The notes under the pieces were generated by a model. It searched no databases and was not told where the DNA came from. It saw nothing but the letters and a program-made list of their open reading frames with translations. The translations under genes and the position numbers were made by a program. DNA of 64,000 bases from Tubulanus polymorphus (Eukaryota > Animalia > Nemertea): positions 9,947,222 through 10,011,221 of the forward strand of contig NC_134030.1 in the NCBI RefSeq assembly GCF_964204645.1, written 5' to 3'. Within the stretch, counting starts at the first letter, position 1; every line of letters starts with the position of its first letter. Below, in pieces: positions 63,901 to 64,000 of the stretch.

Positions 63901-64000
63901 TAGTTAGTTACCTAATCCAAATCGTTGTTGGTGGTAGCTTTTTATAATCGGATGGCTTATAGTTATACCATCTGTGGTTTGTGAAAATATCCGATCGTGA
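63901..64000 (+). mobile_element. TAGTTAGTTACC-family element (uninterrupted copy, truncated by window end) in PSMD9 intron 1
   Basis: Joins the two halves that are separated at 49691-49747 and 50481-50537. Confidence 0.7.

Overview
Intron-rich, AT-rich invertebrate animal genomic DNA, not prokaryotic. Splicing exons by hand (GT/GC-AG sites, frame continuity) gives these genes: (1) a compact 11-exon minus-strand gene running off the left edge, encoding SGNH hydrolase + C2H2-like finger + acidic linker + Ulp1/C48-like protease, probably transposon cargo; (2) STT3B, 17 exons, 770 aa; (3) a TAX1BP1/CALCOCO autophagy receptor, 17 coding exons, ~999 aa, with SKICH, LVV CLIR, coiled coil and two UBZ fingers; (4) an ERICH2-like gene, 12 coding exons, with one GC-AG intron; (5) a frameshifted intronless FMRFamide-receptor-like GPCR; (6) exon 1 of PSMD9. 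Introns and intergenic DNA are full of non-autonomous elements: piggyBac-, Harbinger-, Tc1/pogo- and hAT/MULE-type MITEs, tRNA-derived SINEs and a 1.7-kb Foldback element. Several are nested, including a mirrored nest at the divergent TAX1BP1/ERICH2 promoter region. All exon boundaries and family assignments come from reading the sequence; no searches were run.
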